Source of the DNA: Chiloscyllium plagiosum | Lineage: Eukaryota | Assembly (NCBI RefSeq): GCF_004010195.1 | Contig: NC_057711.1 | Span: forward strand, 72,695,226 to 72,759,225 | Direction of reading: 5' to 3' | Length of the DNA: 64,000 bases | Shown: in pieces, positions 12,484 to 25,888 of the stretch | How the letters are laid out: every line of letters begins with the position of its first letter | Numbering within the stretch: position 1 is the stretch's first letter | The notes under the pieces: model-generated | What the model saw: the letters and a program-made list of their open reading frames with translations, nothing else | Told to the model about the DNA's origin: nothing | Databases searched by the model: none | Program-made: the position numbers and the translations under genes

Positions 12484-14186
12484 TAGAGTCATAGAGTCAT
12501 AGAGATGTACAGCATGGAAACAGACCCTTCGGTCCAACCCTTCCATGCTGACCAGATATCCCAACCCAATCTAGTCATACCTGCCAGAACCCGGCCCATA
12601 GCCCTCCAAACCCTTCCTATTCATATACCCATCCAAATGCCTCTTAAATGTTGCAATTGTACCAGCCTCCACCATTTCCTCTGGCAGCTCATTCCATACA
12701 CGTACCACCCTCTGCATGAAAACGTTGCCCCTTAGGTCTCTTTTATATCTTTCCCCTCTCACCATAAACCTATGCCCTCTNNNNNNNNNNNNNNNNNNNN
12801 NNNNNNNNNNNNNNNNNNNNNNNNNNNNNNNNNNNNNNNNNNNNNNNNNNNNNNNNNNNNNNNNNNNNNNNNNNNNNNNNNNNNNNNNNNNNNNNNNNNN
12901 NNNNNNNNNNNNNNNNNNNNNNNNNNNNNNNNNNNNNNNNNNNNNNNNNNNNNNNNNNNNNNNNNNNNNNNNNNNNNNNNNNNNNNNNNNNNNNNNNNNN
13001 NNNNNNNNNNNNNNNNNNNNNNNNNNNNNNNNNNNNNNNNNNNNNNNNNNNNNNNNNNNNNNNNNNNNNNNNNNNNNNNNNNNNNNNNNNNNNNNNNNNN
13101 NNNNNNNNNNNNNNNNNNNNNNNNNNNNNNNNNNNNNNNNNNNNNNNNNNNNNNNNNNNNNNNNNNNNNNNNNNNNNNNNNNNNNNNNNNNNNNNNNNNN
13201 NNNNNNNNNNNNNNNNNNNNNNNNNNNNNNNNNNNNNNNNNNNNNNNNNNNNNNNNNNNNNNNNNNNNNNNNNNNNNNNNNNNNNNNNNNNNNNNNNNNN
13301 NNNNNNNNNNNNNNNNNNNNNNNNNNNNNNNNNNNNNNNNNNNNNNNNNNNNNNNNNNNNNNNNNNNNNNNNNNNNNNNNNNNNNNNNNNNNNNNNNNNN
13401 NNNNNNNNNNNNNNNNNNNNNNNNNNNNNNNNNNNNNNNNNNNNNNNNNNNNNNNNNNNNNNNNNNNNNNNNNNNNNNNNNNNNNNNNNNNNNNNNNNNN
13501 NNNNNNNNNNNNNNNNNNNNNNNNNNNNNNNNNNNNNNNNNNNNNNNNNNNNNNNNNNNNNNNNNNNNNNNNNNNNNNNNNNNNNNNNNNNNNNNNNNNN
13601 NNNNNNNNNNNNNNNNNNNNNNNNNNNNNNNNNNNNNNNNNNNNNNNNNNNNNNNNNNNNNNNNNNNACTTCCTCCTCTGTAATCTGGACATTTTGCAAG
13701 ATGTCACCATCTATTTCCCTACTGCCTATATCTTCCATATCCTTTTCCACAGTATATACTGATGCAAAATATTCATGTAGTATGTCTCCCATTTTCTGTG
13801 GCTCCACACAAAGGCCGCCTTGCTGATCTTTGAGGGGCCCTATTCTCTCCCTAGTTACCCTTTTGTCCTAAATATATTTGTAAAAACCCTTTGGATTGTC
13901 CTTAATTCTATTTGTCAAAGCTATCTCATGTCCCCATTTTGCCCAACTGATTTCCCTCTTAAGTATACTCCTACTTCCTTTATACTCTTCTAAGGATTCA
14001 CTCGATTTATCTTATAAAAGCTTCCCATTTTCCAGGCATCCCTTTACCTGCGAACATCTGCCTCCAATCAGCTTTCGAAAGTTCTTGTCTAATACCGTCA
14101 AAATTGGCCTTTCTCCAATTTAGAACTTTAACTTTTAGATCTGGTCTATCCTTTTCCATCACTATTTTAAAACGAATAGAATTATG
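12484..14186 (-). mobile_element. 5'-truncated CR1 LINE nested antisense in another CR1
   Basis: (tagagtca)n tail at 12481-12503. ORF2 text EPQKMGDILHEYFASV. gtca at both junctions (12480-12483, 14187-14190). Confidence 0.88.
12781..13667. other. Assembly gap (887 N)
   Basis: Run of N. Confidence 1.
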
Positions 14187-16117
14187 GTCAAAAGGAAAAA
14201 AGACGCATATGTAAGGTTTATGAAGCTGAAATTGGTCAGAACCCACAAAGAATATAAAGAAAGCAGGAAAGAACTCAAGCAGGCAATTAGGAGAGCAGGA
14301 AGAGGCCATGGAATGACCTTGGCAAGTAGGGTTGAAGAGAATCTGAAGGTAATCTCTACATACATTAAAAACAAGAAAATAACTAGAGAGAAGGTAGTAC
14401 CACTTAGGGTTAAAAGAGAGAACTTGTGCTTGGAAGCAGAGGACGTGGGTGAGATCCTAAATGAGTACTTTGAATCAATATTCACACAAGAGAAGGATAG
14501 GAAGATAATGAGATTTGTGTGATGCACGCTAATATGTTCGGGCATTTTGAGATCAAGAGTAAAGTGGTGTTGCATCTCTTGAAGAGTATTAAGGTGGATA
14601 ATTCCCCAGGGCCTAATGGTATCTTCCCTGGTTATTGAGAGAGGCAAGAGAAGAGGTTGCTGGGGCCTTAACCAAGATCTTTGTATCTTCATTAACTACT
14701 GGAAAGGTGCCAGAGGAATGGCAAGTAGTTAATGTTGTTCCTGTGTTCAACAAGGGAAATTAGGATAATCTAAGAAACTAGATAACAGTGAGTCTCACAT
14801 TGGTGATTGGGAAGCTATTGAAGAGAACTCTTAGGGATAGAATGCATGCGCTTTTGTAAAAGCATGACCTAATTAGAGCCATGATTTTGTACAAGCCAGG
14901 TCATGTTTTACTAACTTGATTGAATTTTTTGAGGAGGTTACAAAGATGAGGGTAGAGCAGTGGATGTTCTCTATGTGAATTTTAGTAAGGTCTTTGACAA
15001 AATCACTCACGGTAGGCTCATCTATCATGGCTCATGGTATCCATGGTGACTTGGCCACATGGGTTCAGGAATGGTTTGCCCATAGAAGATAGAGGGTAAT
15101 GGTGGGAGGATGTTTTAGTGGCTGGAGGTCCATGACTAATGCCACAGGAATCTGTACTAGAACCTCTGCTGTTTGTGATATATATAAATGACTTGGATGC
15201 AACTGTAGATGGGTGGGAAGTAAGTTTGCAGATGATGCAATGATTGGTGGAGTTGTGGATAATGTAGAAGGTTGTCAAAGTCTACAGTGGGAAATGGATC
15301 AGTTGCAGATATGGATGGAGAAATGGCAGATGGAGTCTAACCTGGGTGTGTGTGAGGTGCTGCACTCTGGGAGATCCAATGTTAAGGAAAAGCATACAGT
15401 TAATGGCAGGACCCTGAATGGCATTGATGTACAGAAGAATGTTGGGGTTCAAGTCCATAGTTCCCTGATAGGGTGGTAAAGAAGGTGTATGGCATGCTTC
15501 ATTTTATTGGTCAGGGAATTGAATAAAAGAGTCAAGATGTCGTGTTGCAGCTTTATGAGACTTTAGTTTGGTCACACTTAAGAGTATTGTGCTCAATTCT
15601 GGTTGCCATCTTACAGGAAGGATATGGAAGAGGGTGCAGTTTCAGTTTACCAGGATGCTGTCTGGATTAGAGGGTCAGAGCTATAAGGAGAGGCTAGAAA
15701 AAAACAGGTTTTCTCTGGCGCAGCAGGGTCTAAGGGCAGACTTGATAGAAGTCTATAAAATTATGAGATGCATAGATAGGGTTGATGGTCAGAATCTTTT
15801 TCCCAGAGTTGAAATGTCTAAAGCTGAAGGGTATGCATTTAAGGTGAGAGGGGGTAGGTTCAAAGGAGATATGGGGGGGATGTTTTTTACACAGCCACTG
15901 GTAGGAGTGTGGAACATGCTGCCAGGCATGGTGGTGGAGGCAGATACGATAGGGACATTTAAGAGACTTTTAGTTAAGCACCTGATTATGCAAGGAATGG
16001 AGGGATACGGACCAAGGGCATGCATAAGGAATTAGTTTAATTTGATATGATGTTCAGCACAACATTGTAGGCTGAAGGGCCTGTACTTGTGCTGTATTGG
16101 TCTGTGTTCTATGTTCT
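14187..16117 (+). mobile_element. CR1 LINE, 3' part (continuation of 10270-12483)
   Basis: The reading IVSLV/KRKKDAYVR joins across the insertion. RT motifs SKFADDAMIGG and LRADLIEVYKIM. Tail tgttctatgttcta. Confidence 0.88.
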
Positions 16118-16119
16118 AA

Positions 16120-16515
16120 ACTACCTCTCTTTCCTTTAAAACACTCCTCAAAGCCTACCTCATTGATCCAACTAACCAATTATCTCCTTGTATGGCTTGG
16201 TCTCACACTTGAGGTTTTATATTTTTTGTGATCACCAGAGGAACTTATTTATTTCCACATGTATAGAGCATGATAGTTGCCCATTGGTTGTAAATTGAAC
16301 ATAATGACGTGTTGATAGTCTCCTGACACGCAAAGGATCCATGCATCGTGTTAATTCAAAGCCTCTTTGAGGCTCCTCTGAGGTTGACATTTAGGATTTC
16401 CTGTTTATAAGGAAGATATTTTAACCCATGCACACATTTTATTTGTAGTGTTCCTGTGAAACATCATGGGACGTTTTATTGCATTCAAGGTACTACATAA
16501 ATACAAGTTGTTGAA
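16120..16515 (+). mobile_element. Old L2-like LINE 3' end
   Basis: ctcctcaaagcctacctc... and terminal aaggtactacataaatacaagttgttg resemble vertebrate L2 tails. Confidence 0.45.
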
Positions 16516-17196
16516 GATGCTGTTGTAGTTTGACTACATGATCTTTGTTCTGATTCTTAGTTCAAAGCAATATTCTGGATTACCTTCTTTCTCTCCCCTT
16601 TTACATTCTGAGATCACCTTTCAAATGCTTCCTCTTCAGATTGCAAAGACCAGGTTTATCTAACCCAGTGTTCAAAATACACGGGAGCAGTGGGCAAATC
16701 AGTCCTTGAAATTGCCAGTTTAACAGAGTAGATTCATTTACAGGGTTGGCCCATCAGGAAAAACTTGCCTTCATAAATAGAATGGAAGGAAATGGTGAGA
16801 AGCAGCAACTCCAGTCACAGGCAGGTTCTGTCCCATGAATGCTTCAGATAGGTTCCCTATGCGGTGAACCCGCCTGTGATTGGAGGAAGGAGGAAGGAGA
16901 CAGCAGTCAGAAAGTCATGTGAAAAGTTGGGGCAGGCTGAAGGTAGGAATACAAAGAGAGGCTGTAAGTCAGAAAGACTAGGCAAGACATTATTCTTTGT
17001 GGTTAATTCTTAAGATAACATCGTCATCTATTTGCTTTTGGCTACAGAGCATCAACAACAACAGTCACACAACTTCTGGGAGCAATCTTATAGTTTCTTG
17101 GTTTAAAAATGACAAAATGGCAAAAATGCTTTCTTTATAGGATAAATATTATTATAATTGCATCACTCATAAACATATGTTATGAATAATGTATAC

Positions 17197-17488
17197 TAGA
17201 TTAGATTCCCTACAGTGTAGAAACAGGCCCTTCGTCCCAACCAGTCCACACCGACCCTCCGAAGAGTAACCCATTTCCTTCTGACTAATGCACCTAACAC
17301 TACAGGAAATTTAGCCTGGCCAATTCACCTGACCAGCACATCTTTGGACTGTGGGAGGAAACCAGAGCAAACCCACACAGGCACAGGGAGAATGCGCAAA
17401 CTCCACACAGTCACCCGAGGCTAGAATTGAACCTGGGATCCTGCTGCTGTGAGGCAGTAGTGTTAACCACTGAGCCACCATGCCTACC
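17197..17488 (-). mobile_element. HE1-type V-SINE
   Basis: Similar to 7200-7511. Confidence 0.88.
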
Positions 17489-19257
17489 TTGGTTTGCACT
17501 TGCAATCACTGTTTCTGTGTCTTTAAGAAGGGGATAGCAAGGAGAAATTGGAAAATGAAATATAAGGCTTACTTTGTAAATAAATAATGGATGAAAAAAT
17601 GTTATTCTTGTTGACATCTTGATGTTACTACATGGAAAATGCAGCATAGGGACACTTTGATGTTTTGTGGAGAATACTGTACTGAAGGAACAAAATGGAT
17701 TTTGAAAAATATTAGTGTGTTTTCAGATTAGTAGCTTATGCCTTGCACATGCAAACTGCCATTTTATTTTGATAATGATAGATAAATCCTAAAACATGGA
17801 ACTAAACTGACTGCTACTGCAGGATTTTAAACATGATGGCTTTTCTCACTCTGTGGTAATTGGCTGGAAAAAGGCTTTCTGCCCACTTCTCTTGGGCTAG
17901 ATCTGATTGACCAGCAGCTCTGTTAGCCCCTTGCACCACCAGCAGCAATGGGCAGGACTGGGAACTACAAGCAGCCCCAGATTTGAAGCCCTAAGCTTCA
18001 GGACCATGTAAGTGAGGAGGTGTGAAGGCATGGACCAGAGAAGTGATGAGAAAGGAATGGAGACCTTTGATGGAGCTTCTGATAATGGGGTGTCAGGGAA
18101 CAGAACACCTGTAGTGAGCCAATCTTTGTGGTGCTGCTGCCTGCTCTGGAGTGGAGGCCAAAGGAGGGTACCCCTTCCTACTCAATTTCTGAGCAAAGTG
18201 ACTTGCCAGGCTTCTCCCTGCACCTGAACCTCTCTCACGAGCTTTAGAATTAAGGCTGAAGAGGAGAACAGCCCTGAGAGGTCACTCAAAATGATTTAAT
18301 GGGCAAAGTTTGGACATTCACAAACAAATGTACAATATTTCAATTAATGGCCTCTGGAATTATTCACAAAATGCCATGGTTAAAAGAATCATTATACTTC
18401 AAAAGTAATTAATCACCGTGCTTTGAAATATTTTGGCATGGACTGCTCTTTAAATGTAAGTATTTTGATTTTATATTACCAGATATTATATAAATTCCCT
18501 ATCTTTGTCAGCAACAAGTTACAAAGAGGTAAAGATGACCTTTCTGCTGTATGTGACCATTTTTAAAATCTAGTCATCAGAATTTGCTCCTTGTGACTTT
18601 GTGGAGATACCATTAATGTGCAAAACCACATTCCTATTTTGCATAATATCTCAGTAAATCATATTGAACCCATATTATGTCAGTAAAATTAATTTGAGCA
18701 GAATTTGAATTTAGAAATTTCATGTAACTATGGTGCTAATAATATTAACAGCATATAACAATGTCACAAATGTCAACAATATTTCCTTATTACAACAATC
18801 ATTCAAGTACCAGCAAAATTTGCATTTTTTTTAATGTTTGGTTTTTCTGTGTCTGTGTAGATTGTACTGGAATCATCAGTGGAGCTTTTTTGACCAAATG
18901 GTTACTACTCCTACGTCTGCAGCAATGCTATTTATTGATTAGTTGCATTGCTGGTTATTCTTGTTCTGACCAAAGGAGAAGGAAGTACCTCTTTTTTTCC
19001 AACCCCACTCAGTCAGTCTCAACAAATATTTTACAGCACATAGCTGTTATACTTCAGTTAAACTGGTTATGGGTGGCTGCTGCATTTCAAATATAATAAC
19101 AGTAATTGGATTGAAGAAGCTTTTACATGAATTCAGGAAAAAACTGGCCTCATAATTGGTATTTGCCGTCATTATGTTTAAATCCAGCAGAAGCTTATAG
19201 GACCAATGTGAAGTCATCAGAGTCTAGAGTTGTTATTTATAAGGCTAACATGAGGGG

Positions 19258-19365
19258 TTTTGTAGTGCAGTGATAGTGTCTCTAACCCTGGTCAGAAAGC
19301 CTGAGTTCAAGACCAAGCTCCAGATGTGGGTCATAATATATTTGAACAGGTTAATTAGAAATATC
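19258..19365 (+). mobile_element. Short tRNA-derived repeat
   Basis: A/B-box-like gtagtgcagtgatagtgtc...gagttcaagacc...gaacaggttaattagaaa. Related copies at 5685-5795 (-), 43685-43790 (+) and 48230-48305 (+). Confidence 0.5.
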
Positions 19366-19414
19366 CATAATGCTAAGTTAGTTAGGTGCAGAGAGACCTG
19401 GGAAGCTTAACCTA

Positions 19415-20164
19415 AAGGTTTGTGAGGAGATTTGTAGCTCGGGTGCTTGTTGTTATGGTTGTGTTCGCCGAGCTGGGAATTTGTGTTGCAGACGTTTCAT
19501 CCCCTATCTAGGTGACATCCTGAGTGCTTGGGAGCCTCCTGTGAAGCACTTCTGTGATCTTTCCTCCGGCATTTGTAGTGGTTTGAATCTGCCGCTTCTG
19601 GTTGTCAGTTCCAGCTGTCCGTTGCAGTGGCCGGTATATTGGGTCCGGGTCGATGTGCTTATTGATTGAATCTGTGGATGAGTGCCATGCCTCTAGGAAT
19701 TTCCTGGCTGTTCTCTGTTTGGCTTGTCCTATAATAGTAGTGTCATCCCAGTCAAATTCATGTTGCTTGTCATCTGCGTGTGTGGCTACTAAGGATAGCT
19801 GGTCATGTCTTTTGTGGCTAGTTGGTGTTCATGGATACGGATCGTTAGCTGTCTTCCTGTTTGTCCTATGTAGGACTACTATTATAGGACAAACCAAACA
19901 GCGAACAGCCAGGAAATTCCTAGAGGCATGGTACTCATCCACAGATTCAATCAATAAGCACATCGACCCGGACCCAATATACCGGCCACTGCAGCGGACA
20001 GCTGGAACTGACAACCAGAAGCGGCAGATTCAAACCACTACAAATGCCGGAGGAAAGATCACAGAAGCGCTTCACAGGAGGGTCCCAAGCACTGAGGATG
20101 TCACCTAGACAGGGGACGAAACGTCTGCAACACAAATTCCCAGCTCGGCGAACAGAACCACAAC
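19415..20164. mobile_element. Penelope-like element, head-to-head inverted 3' fragments (GIY-YIG and terminal hammerhead)
   Basis: Minus arm 19873->19415 encodes YIGQTGRQLTIRIHEH...FDWDDTTIIGQAKQRTARKFLEAWHS. Plus arm 19875-20164 repeats its distal part. TSD agcttaaccta (19404-19414 and 20165-20175). Confidence 0.92.
20089..20128 (+). ncRNA. Minimal type I hammerhead ribozyme motif
   Basis: gca-CTGAGGA-t-GTCACCT-agac-AGGGGAC-GAAA-cg-TC-tgc. Helix I gca/tgc, 7-bp stem II with one mismatch, predicted cleavage after 20125. Confidence 0.75.
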
Positions 20165-21209
20165 AGCTTAACCTACATTTACTAAGTGCTGACCTTAGAA
20201 CTATGAGTTTAGGATGAACCATTTAGCTAGACTGTAAATGTTTGTCACAACTTAGGCTAATTGTTCCCAATATGTTAATGAACATTGATGCTATGTCGAG
20301 CTGAAGTAGCTTTCTAAACAAAGACCAAGGGACAATTGATGTTTCCTTCTTGCTCTTTAATGCTGTTCTGCTGAAAACGTAACACCATTCTGCTCTTTGG
20401 TGGATTGTCAGGTGAAAATGAACTAATTGTTAAATGTCGCTATCAGAGAAATGGGCTAGTGATGGATTACCACTATCAAAGAACATGGGCTGATCAGAAA
20501 GTGTGTATAGGGCAGGACAGAAAGCAGAAACGTATTTCAGCACAATGCTCATTGAACTTCTGCTGTGACTGCAGTCAGAGAGGCTGGAGAAATAGCCTGG
20601 TCAACTGTCTGAAAGGAGAATAAGTACAGATTGACCATCCAATCCCATCCCGGGGAAACTAAGCAACAAAACCATGAAGTGAGAAATCATTCATGTGAAC
20701 ATCATTGACCTGTTTGATTGTATAGCTACAAACCAAATGACAAAGTGAAGTTGCTTTGGGAAAAGTCTTGAACTTTGGAATATTGAGATTCAGAATATGC
20801 TTCCAAACCTAAGTACTAGGAATAGCCAACATTAATTAACATCAGATCAAAAATGAGACAGAGACACTTACAAGGTTTTCTTGAGTGAAAGAGAGTGAAC
20901 CTTTATCACCTATTTAATTTGAGGAAAAGAAGAAAACACAATATCTGACAAATTAACACAATGCGGATAAAATGGTTTGAAAAAAAGAGGAGAGGTTTTA
21001 TACAGACAAGAAGATGCAGGCAGTTGTAGTTTAAAATTACATCTCATCAGACAAATTGCTCCAATACTATAAAAGAATGTCTTGTTCTAGTTTCCAGAAT
21101 ACAACATTTTCACACATATCTATTGTAAGCTTTGTTTTTGTATGGTCTGGTAGACTCGCTTACTTCGTGGGACTCATTTAACACTATTAATGAGACGTGG
21201 TTTACCATG

Positions 21210-22654
21210 ACGTCCATATGGCTTTGTGCGTGGGAAATCCTGTGTCACGAACTTGACTGAGTGTTTTGAAGATGTAATGAAGAAGATTGATGAAGGCAGA
21301 GGGTAGGCATTATCTATATGCATTTCAGTAAGGCTTTAGTATTGCATGTCAGACTGGAGGCCTGTGACCAGCAGTGTACCACAAGGATCGATGCTGGGTC
21401 CATGCTTTTCATCATTTATATAAATGAGTTGGATGTGAACATAGGAGATATTAGATTTTAGATTAGATTAGATTACATTACAGTGTGGAGACAGGCCCTT
21501 CGGCCCAACAAGTCCACACCGACCCGCCGAAGCGCAACTCCCCCCATACCCCTACATTTACCCCTTACCTAACACTACGGGCAATTTAGCATGGCCAATT
21601 CACCTGACCTGCACATCTTTGGACTGTGGGAGGAAGCCGGAGCACCCAGAGGAAACCCACGCAGACACGGGGAGAACGTGCAAACTCCACACAGTCAGTC
21701 GCCTGAGACGGGAATATGGTTAGTAAATCTACAGATGACACCAAAATTAGAGTTGTAGTGGACAGCCAAGAAGGTTACCAGAGAGCACAGTAGGATTTTG
21801 AGCAGATCGGCCAATGGGCCGAGGAATGGCAGATGGAGCTTAATTTAGATAAATGTAAAGTGCTGCATTTCAGAAATACAAATCAAGGCAGGACTTATAC
21901 AGTTAATGGTAAGGTCCCAGGGAGTGTTGCAGAATAAAGAGACCTTGGAGTACATGTTCATAGTTCCTTGAAAGTGGAGTCACAGGTAGACAGGATAGTG
22001 AAGACAACGTTTGGTATTCTTGCCTTTATTGGTCAGTGTATTGAATGCAGAAGATGGTATGTTATTTTGCAGCTATTCAGGATCTTGGTCAGGCCACTTT
22101 TGGAATACTGTGTTCAATTCTGGTCTTCCCAGCCAGAGGAAAGATGTTGTGAAACTTGAAAGGATTCAGAAAAGATTTGCAAGGATATTGCCAGGATTGG
22201 AGGGTTTAAGCTGTAGGGAGAGGGTGAATAGGCTGGGGCTGTTTTCCCTGGAGTGTCAGAGGCCAAGGAGTGTCCTTACAGAGGTTTATAAAACCATGAG
22301 AGGCATGGATAATGTGAATTGCCAAGGTTTTTTCCCCAGCGTGCGGGAGTCCACAATTAGAGAGCATAGTTTTAAGATGAGAGGGGAAAGATTTAAAAGG
22401 GACCTGAGCTGCAACATTTTCACACAGAGTGTAGTGCAGAATGGAATGAGCTGCTAGAGAAAATAACGGAGGCTGCTGCAATTTCAACATTTAAAAGACA
22501 TCTGGATGGGTACCTCAATAAGAAAAATTGAGAGGGATATGGGCCAGGTGCTGGCAAATGGGACTAGATTAATTTAGGATATCTGGTCGGCATGGACGAG
22601 TTGGACCAAAGAGTTTATTTCCATTCTGTGCAACTCTATGACATTATGACTCTA
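21210..22654 (+). mobile_element. CR1 LINE RT and 3' end, internally deleted, interrupted by an HE1 SINE
   Basis: GFVRGKSC.TNL, DDTKIRVV, LVRPLLEYCVQFWS. Tail ctctatgacattatgactcta. Confidence 0.88.
21450..21714 (-). mobile_element. HE1-type V-SINE, 5'-truncated
   Basis: Nearly identical to 7850-8110. (tagat)n tail. Lacks most of the tRNA head. Confidence 0.9.
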
Positions 22655-22889
22655 CTGCTAAGCCACTGTACTCAGAAATGACCTGTATAACTAGTTAAAA
22701 GAAGCCAGTCAAATCAGAGGGATCTCACACACACTCCAGAGAACATCAGTATCAAGGGGAAGGAACCAGCATTTGGCCCATATTGTGTTAAATATTTCTT
22801 TAAACGTCCTCCAGTGTTCCTCAATTATTTTACCCCTTTTCGTCACTTTTCCTAGTTTATTGTGAACACTATCTGTATCATCCCATTGG

Positions 22890-24680
22890 AGTCAGCCTTA
22901 ACTAAATCTAAAGCGCTCATAGTTATTCATGCCTTTTTGCTTTTCAAACACTACATTGAACTCAATCATGTTATGATCACTATTTGATAAATGTTCAAAC
23001 ACAATTAGTTTACTAATTAAATCCAGCTCATTACTCATTTCTACATCCAGTATTGCTGGTCCTCTTGCTGGCATTCAGGACATATTACTAGATGAAGCAA
23101 TCCTGGACACACTTCAGAAATTCACTACCTGACCAGTGCTTGTATGCCTCTCCCAATCCATATTAAATTTTAAAAACCCCATTAATAACACTCTGCCTCT
23201 GCTGCACACTTGTTTAATTTCTACATTTATACAATCTAGCACTTCACAGCTGCTATCGGGGATCCCTATTGGTTTTAGAATTTTACTGTTCCCCAGTTCC
23301 AGCCACACGGTCTCCACTGAACACTTACCCCTCATTATACCCTCACTCACCAGTGAAATAATTTTATTTCTAATCAATAAACTACTCCATCTGCTCTGCC
23401 AATTTCTCTCTCTGTCTTGTAAACCTTATAATCTGCTACATTGAGTTCCCAGTCCCAACCATCCTACTATATCATTGTCTACAATTTGAATTTGAGCCTA
23501 TTTAAATTATTTACAGCTTATTTAAATTATTCTTTATGCCCTGCATTTGTACATAGAAATCTTATTTGGGCCATACACTGTAATATGTCCCTCAGCACTG
23601 ATGCTCTATTCACCTGTTTATTACTTCTCTCTTCTGGTTTAATCAATCATTCATTATAGTTTTGCCATTATCGCCCATACCTGAAGTAGGTTTCCTGACT
23701 GTTTCTTTACCCTTTGTCATGTTACTTGATTCTGAAACTGTAATGAATTCCCCTGAGCCGTCCTCCCATTTACTGGTTTAAAATCCTTGTGACTAACGTA
23801 TTTAACCTTTCCGCTAAAAATGGTTCAGGTGGAGCCCTTCCCATTGGTACAGTTTCTTCCTGTCCCAATGCTGATGTCAGTTCCCCCAAAAATGGAACCC
23901 TCTTTTCCTGCACCACTTCTTTACTTCCTTAATATTCTAATCGCCATACCAATCTGCACATGGCTCATGTCGCAAGCCAGAGATTATAACCCTTGAGTTC
24001 CAGATTTTTGATTTTGTTCCTAACTCCTGATATTTCCCAAATGGGACCTCTTGCCTATTTTGTTGGACCCAACATGGACCGCGATAACCCTCTCTACTAT
24101 CCTTTCAAGCTGTTCGAGATGTCCCTTACCTTGGCCCTAGGGCAACACACCATGTCAGACTCTTGACCCTGCTTACAAAGGATGCTATCTGTACCTCTAA
24201 TTATAGAATCCATGGTAACTACCTCTTTCTTTTTGCTCCCTCTGTTTCAATTGCCTCCCATACCATGATGCAGTAGCCTGTTTCCCCATCCTCCCAATGG
24301 TTCTTTTCCTCATCCACACAGTGCCTTACACATGTTGGATAAGGTCAAGAGCTGAGGATCCTCTAATGGTAAATTCAGGATCCCTCCAGCTGCCTCACTT
24401 GTTGTCCTACCCTCCTGCCCCTGACGACTGGCTAAATTTGAAGCACTTAACCTACAGGGTATGACTGCCTCCTGATACCCAGCATCCAGGTTATTCTTCC
24501 CCTCCCTGACATGCCACAGTGTTCAAAGCTCAGATTCTAGCGCATCAGCTCTGAGTCAGAGTTCCTGCAGCAATCAACACTTGCTCCAGATGTGGTCACT
24601 CTGAACCACAATGATGCCCACCAACTCCCATATCATGCAGGTACAACATATCACCGGGCCTGCATCTCTAACTTATCTAA
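22890..24680 (-). mobile_element. Old degraded CR1 (ORF1 and endonuclease)
   Basis: ORF 23114-23377 (SVETVWLEL...VLLMGF.KFNMDW). Esterase-like and zinc-finger-like remnants at 23800-24660. Confidence 0.65.
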
Positions 24681-24839
24681 TCAGTTTTAAATTTGTATTT
24701 TTAAATTTCCTACTGGTCTCTAGTTTTTAATCTGTAAAATATCAATCTATATCATTCTAAAATATAATGTATGAAATATCCTGGCTGATCCTCTAGCTTA
24801 ATGCCATATTCCTGCTTTGTCTCAGTTGCCTTTAACGGA

Positions 24840-25067
24840 TAGTCAGTTCTGCTAGTTCTGCTATAACATGGTAGTTCTGTTCTTGTGCAATCCTGTGTTA
24901 TAAGAAAATCATGTAATAGCAGTACCAGTTAAACTAATGGGGCCAAAATCATGTTATAACCAACACATGTTTTAAAAGTTCATGCTTTAGAAACAGTGTC
25001 CCCAGCTCATGGATTACATTATAGTGAATTTGCATTAACGACATGTGCTTTATAGCAGAATGACTTG
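24840..25067. mobile_element. MITE (Tc1/mariner-pogo-type non-autonomous element)
   Basis: Inverted ends gttctgctataa... and ...ttatagcagaatgacttg followed by TA. About 230 bp, non-coding. Confidence 0.55.
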
Positions 25068-25074
25068 TAAAAAA

Positions 25075-25430
25075 AAACTACCTTTTTCTTGAATACACTC
25101 AGTGACTTGGCCTCCACAGTCTTCTGTGGTAGGGAGTTCCATGGGCTCATTACCCTTTGAGTGAAGAAACATTTCCTCATCTCAGTTCTAAATGTCCTAC
25201 CCCATATCCTGAGACTTTCTTCCTGGTTCTAGTCTCCCTAGCCAGAGAAAGCATCCTCCCTGCATCTAATCTAACTAGCCCTGTTAGAATTTAATATTTT
25301 TCAGTCAGATGCCTCTCACCATTCTAAAGTCTAGTGAATATACGTCAGTTGAACCAATCTCCTCATAGGACAGTCCTGCCATCCCAGGTATCAGAGTTGT
25401 GAACCTCCACTGCACTCCCTCAATGGCACA
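25075..25430 (-). mobile_element. CR1-type LINE RT C-terminal fragment
   Basis: Reverse-complement similarity to the CR1 3' coding region (as at 27500-27950). Confidence 0.7.
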
Positions 25431-25494
25431 ACACTTTTAGCAAGCTCTGTCAGATGCTGACCAGCTGCATCAACTCAAAAAGGATCTGCATCAA

Positions 25495-25866
25495 GCCTGA
25501 GGGGCAACTTTTCCACACAGAGGGTGATGCATTTGTAGAACGAGCTGCCAGACCAAGTAGTAGAGATGGGTACAATTACAACATTTTAAAGACATTTGGA
25601 CAGCTACATGGATAGGCAAGGTTTAGAGGGATATGGATTAGAGTGGTGCTGGAAAGGCACAGCAGATCAGGGAGCATCCAAGGAGCAGGAAAATCGACGT
25701 TTCGGGCAAAAGTCCTTCATCAGGAATAGAGGCAGGGAGCCTGCAGGGTGGAGAGAAAGAGGGATATGGGCCAAACACAGGCAAATGGGACTGGTTCAGT
25801 TTAGGAAACCTTGTTGGCTTGGAACAGTTAGGCCAAAGGCCTTATTTCTGTGCTGTATGACTCTGT
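25495..25866 (+). mobile_element. CR1 3' end interrupted by a PLE mini-element
   Basis: gggcaacttttccacacagagggtg...tgctgtatgactctgt. Confidence 0.8.
25637..25757 (-). mobile_element. PLE-terminus mini-element with hammerhead
   Basis: 12-bp TSD agagggatatgg (25625-25636 and 25758-25769). Minus core ctgatga-a-ggac-tttt-gccc-gaaa-cg-tc at 25723->25696. Confidence 0.8.
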
Positions 25867-25888
25867 AACTCTTGACATTTTTTAATGC

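Noticed and set aside
12571..13807. Long ORFs of 300-380 aa
   Set aside because: Artefacts of translating the N gap. The flanks are CR1.
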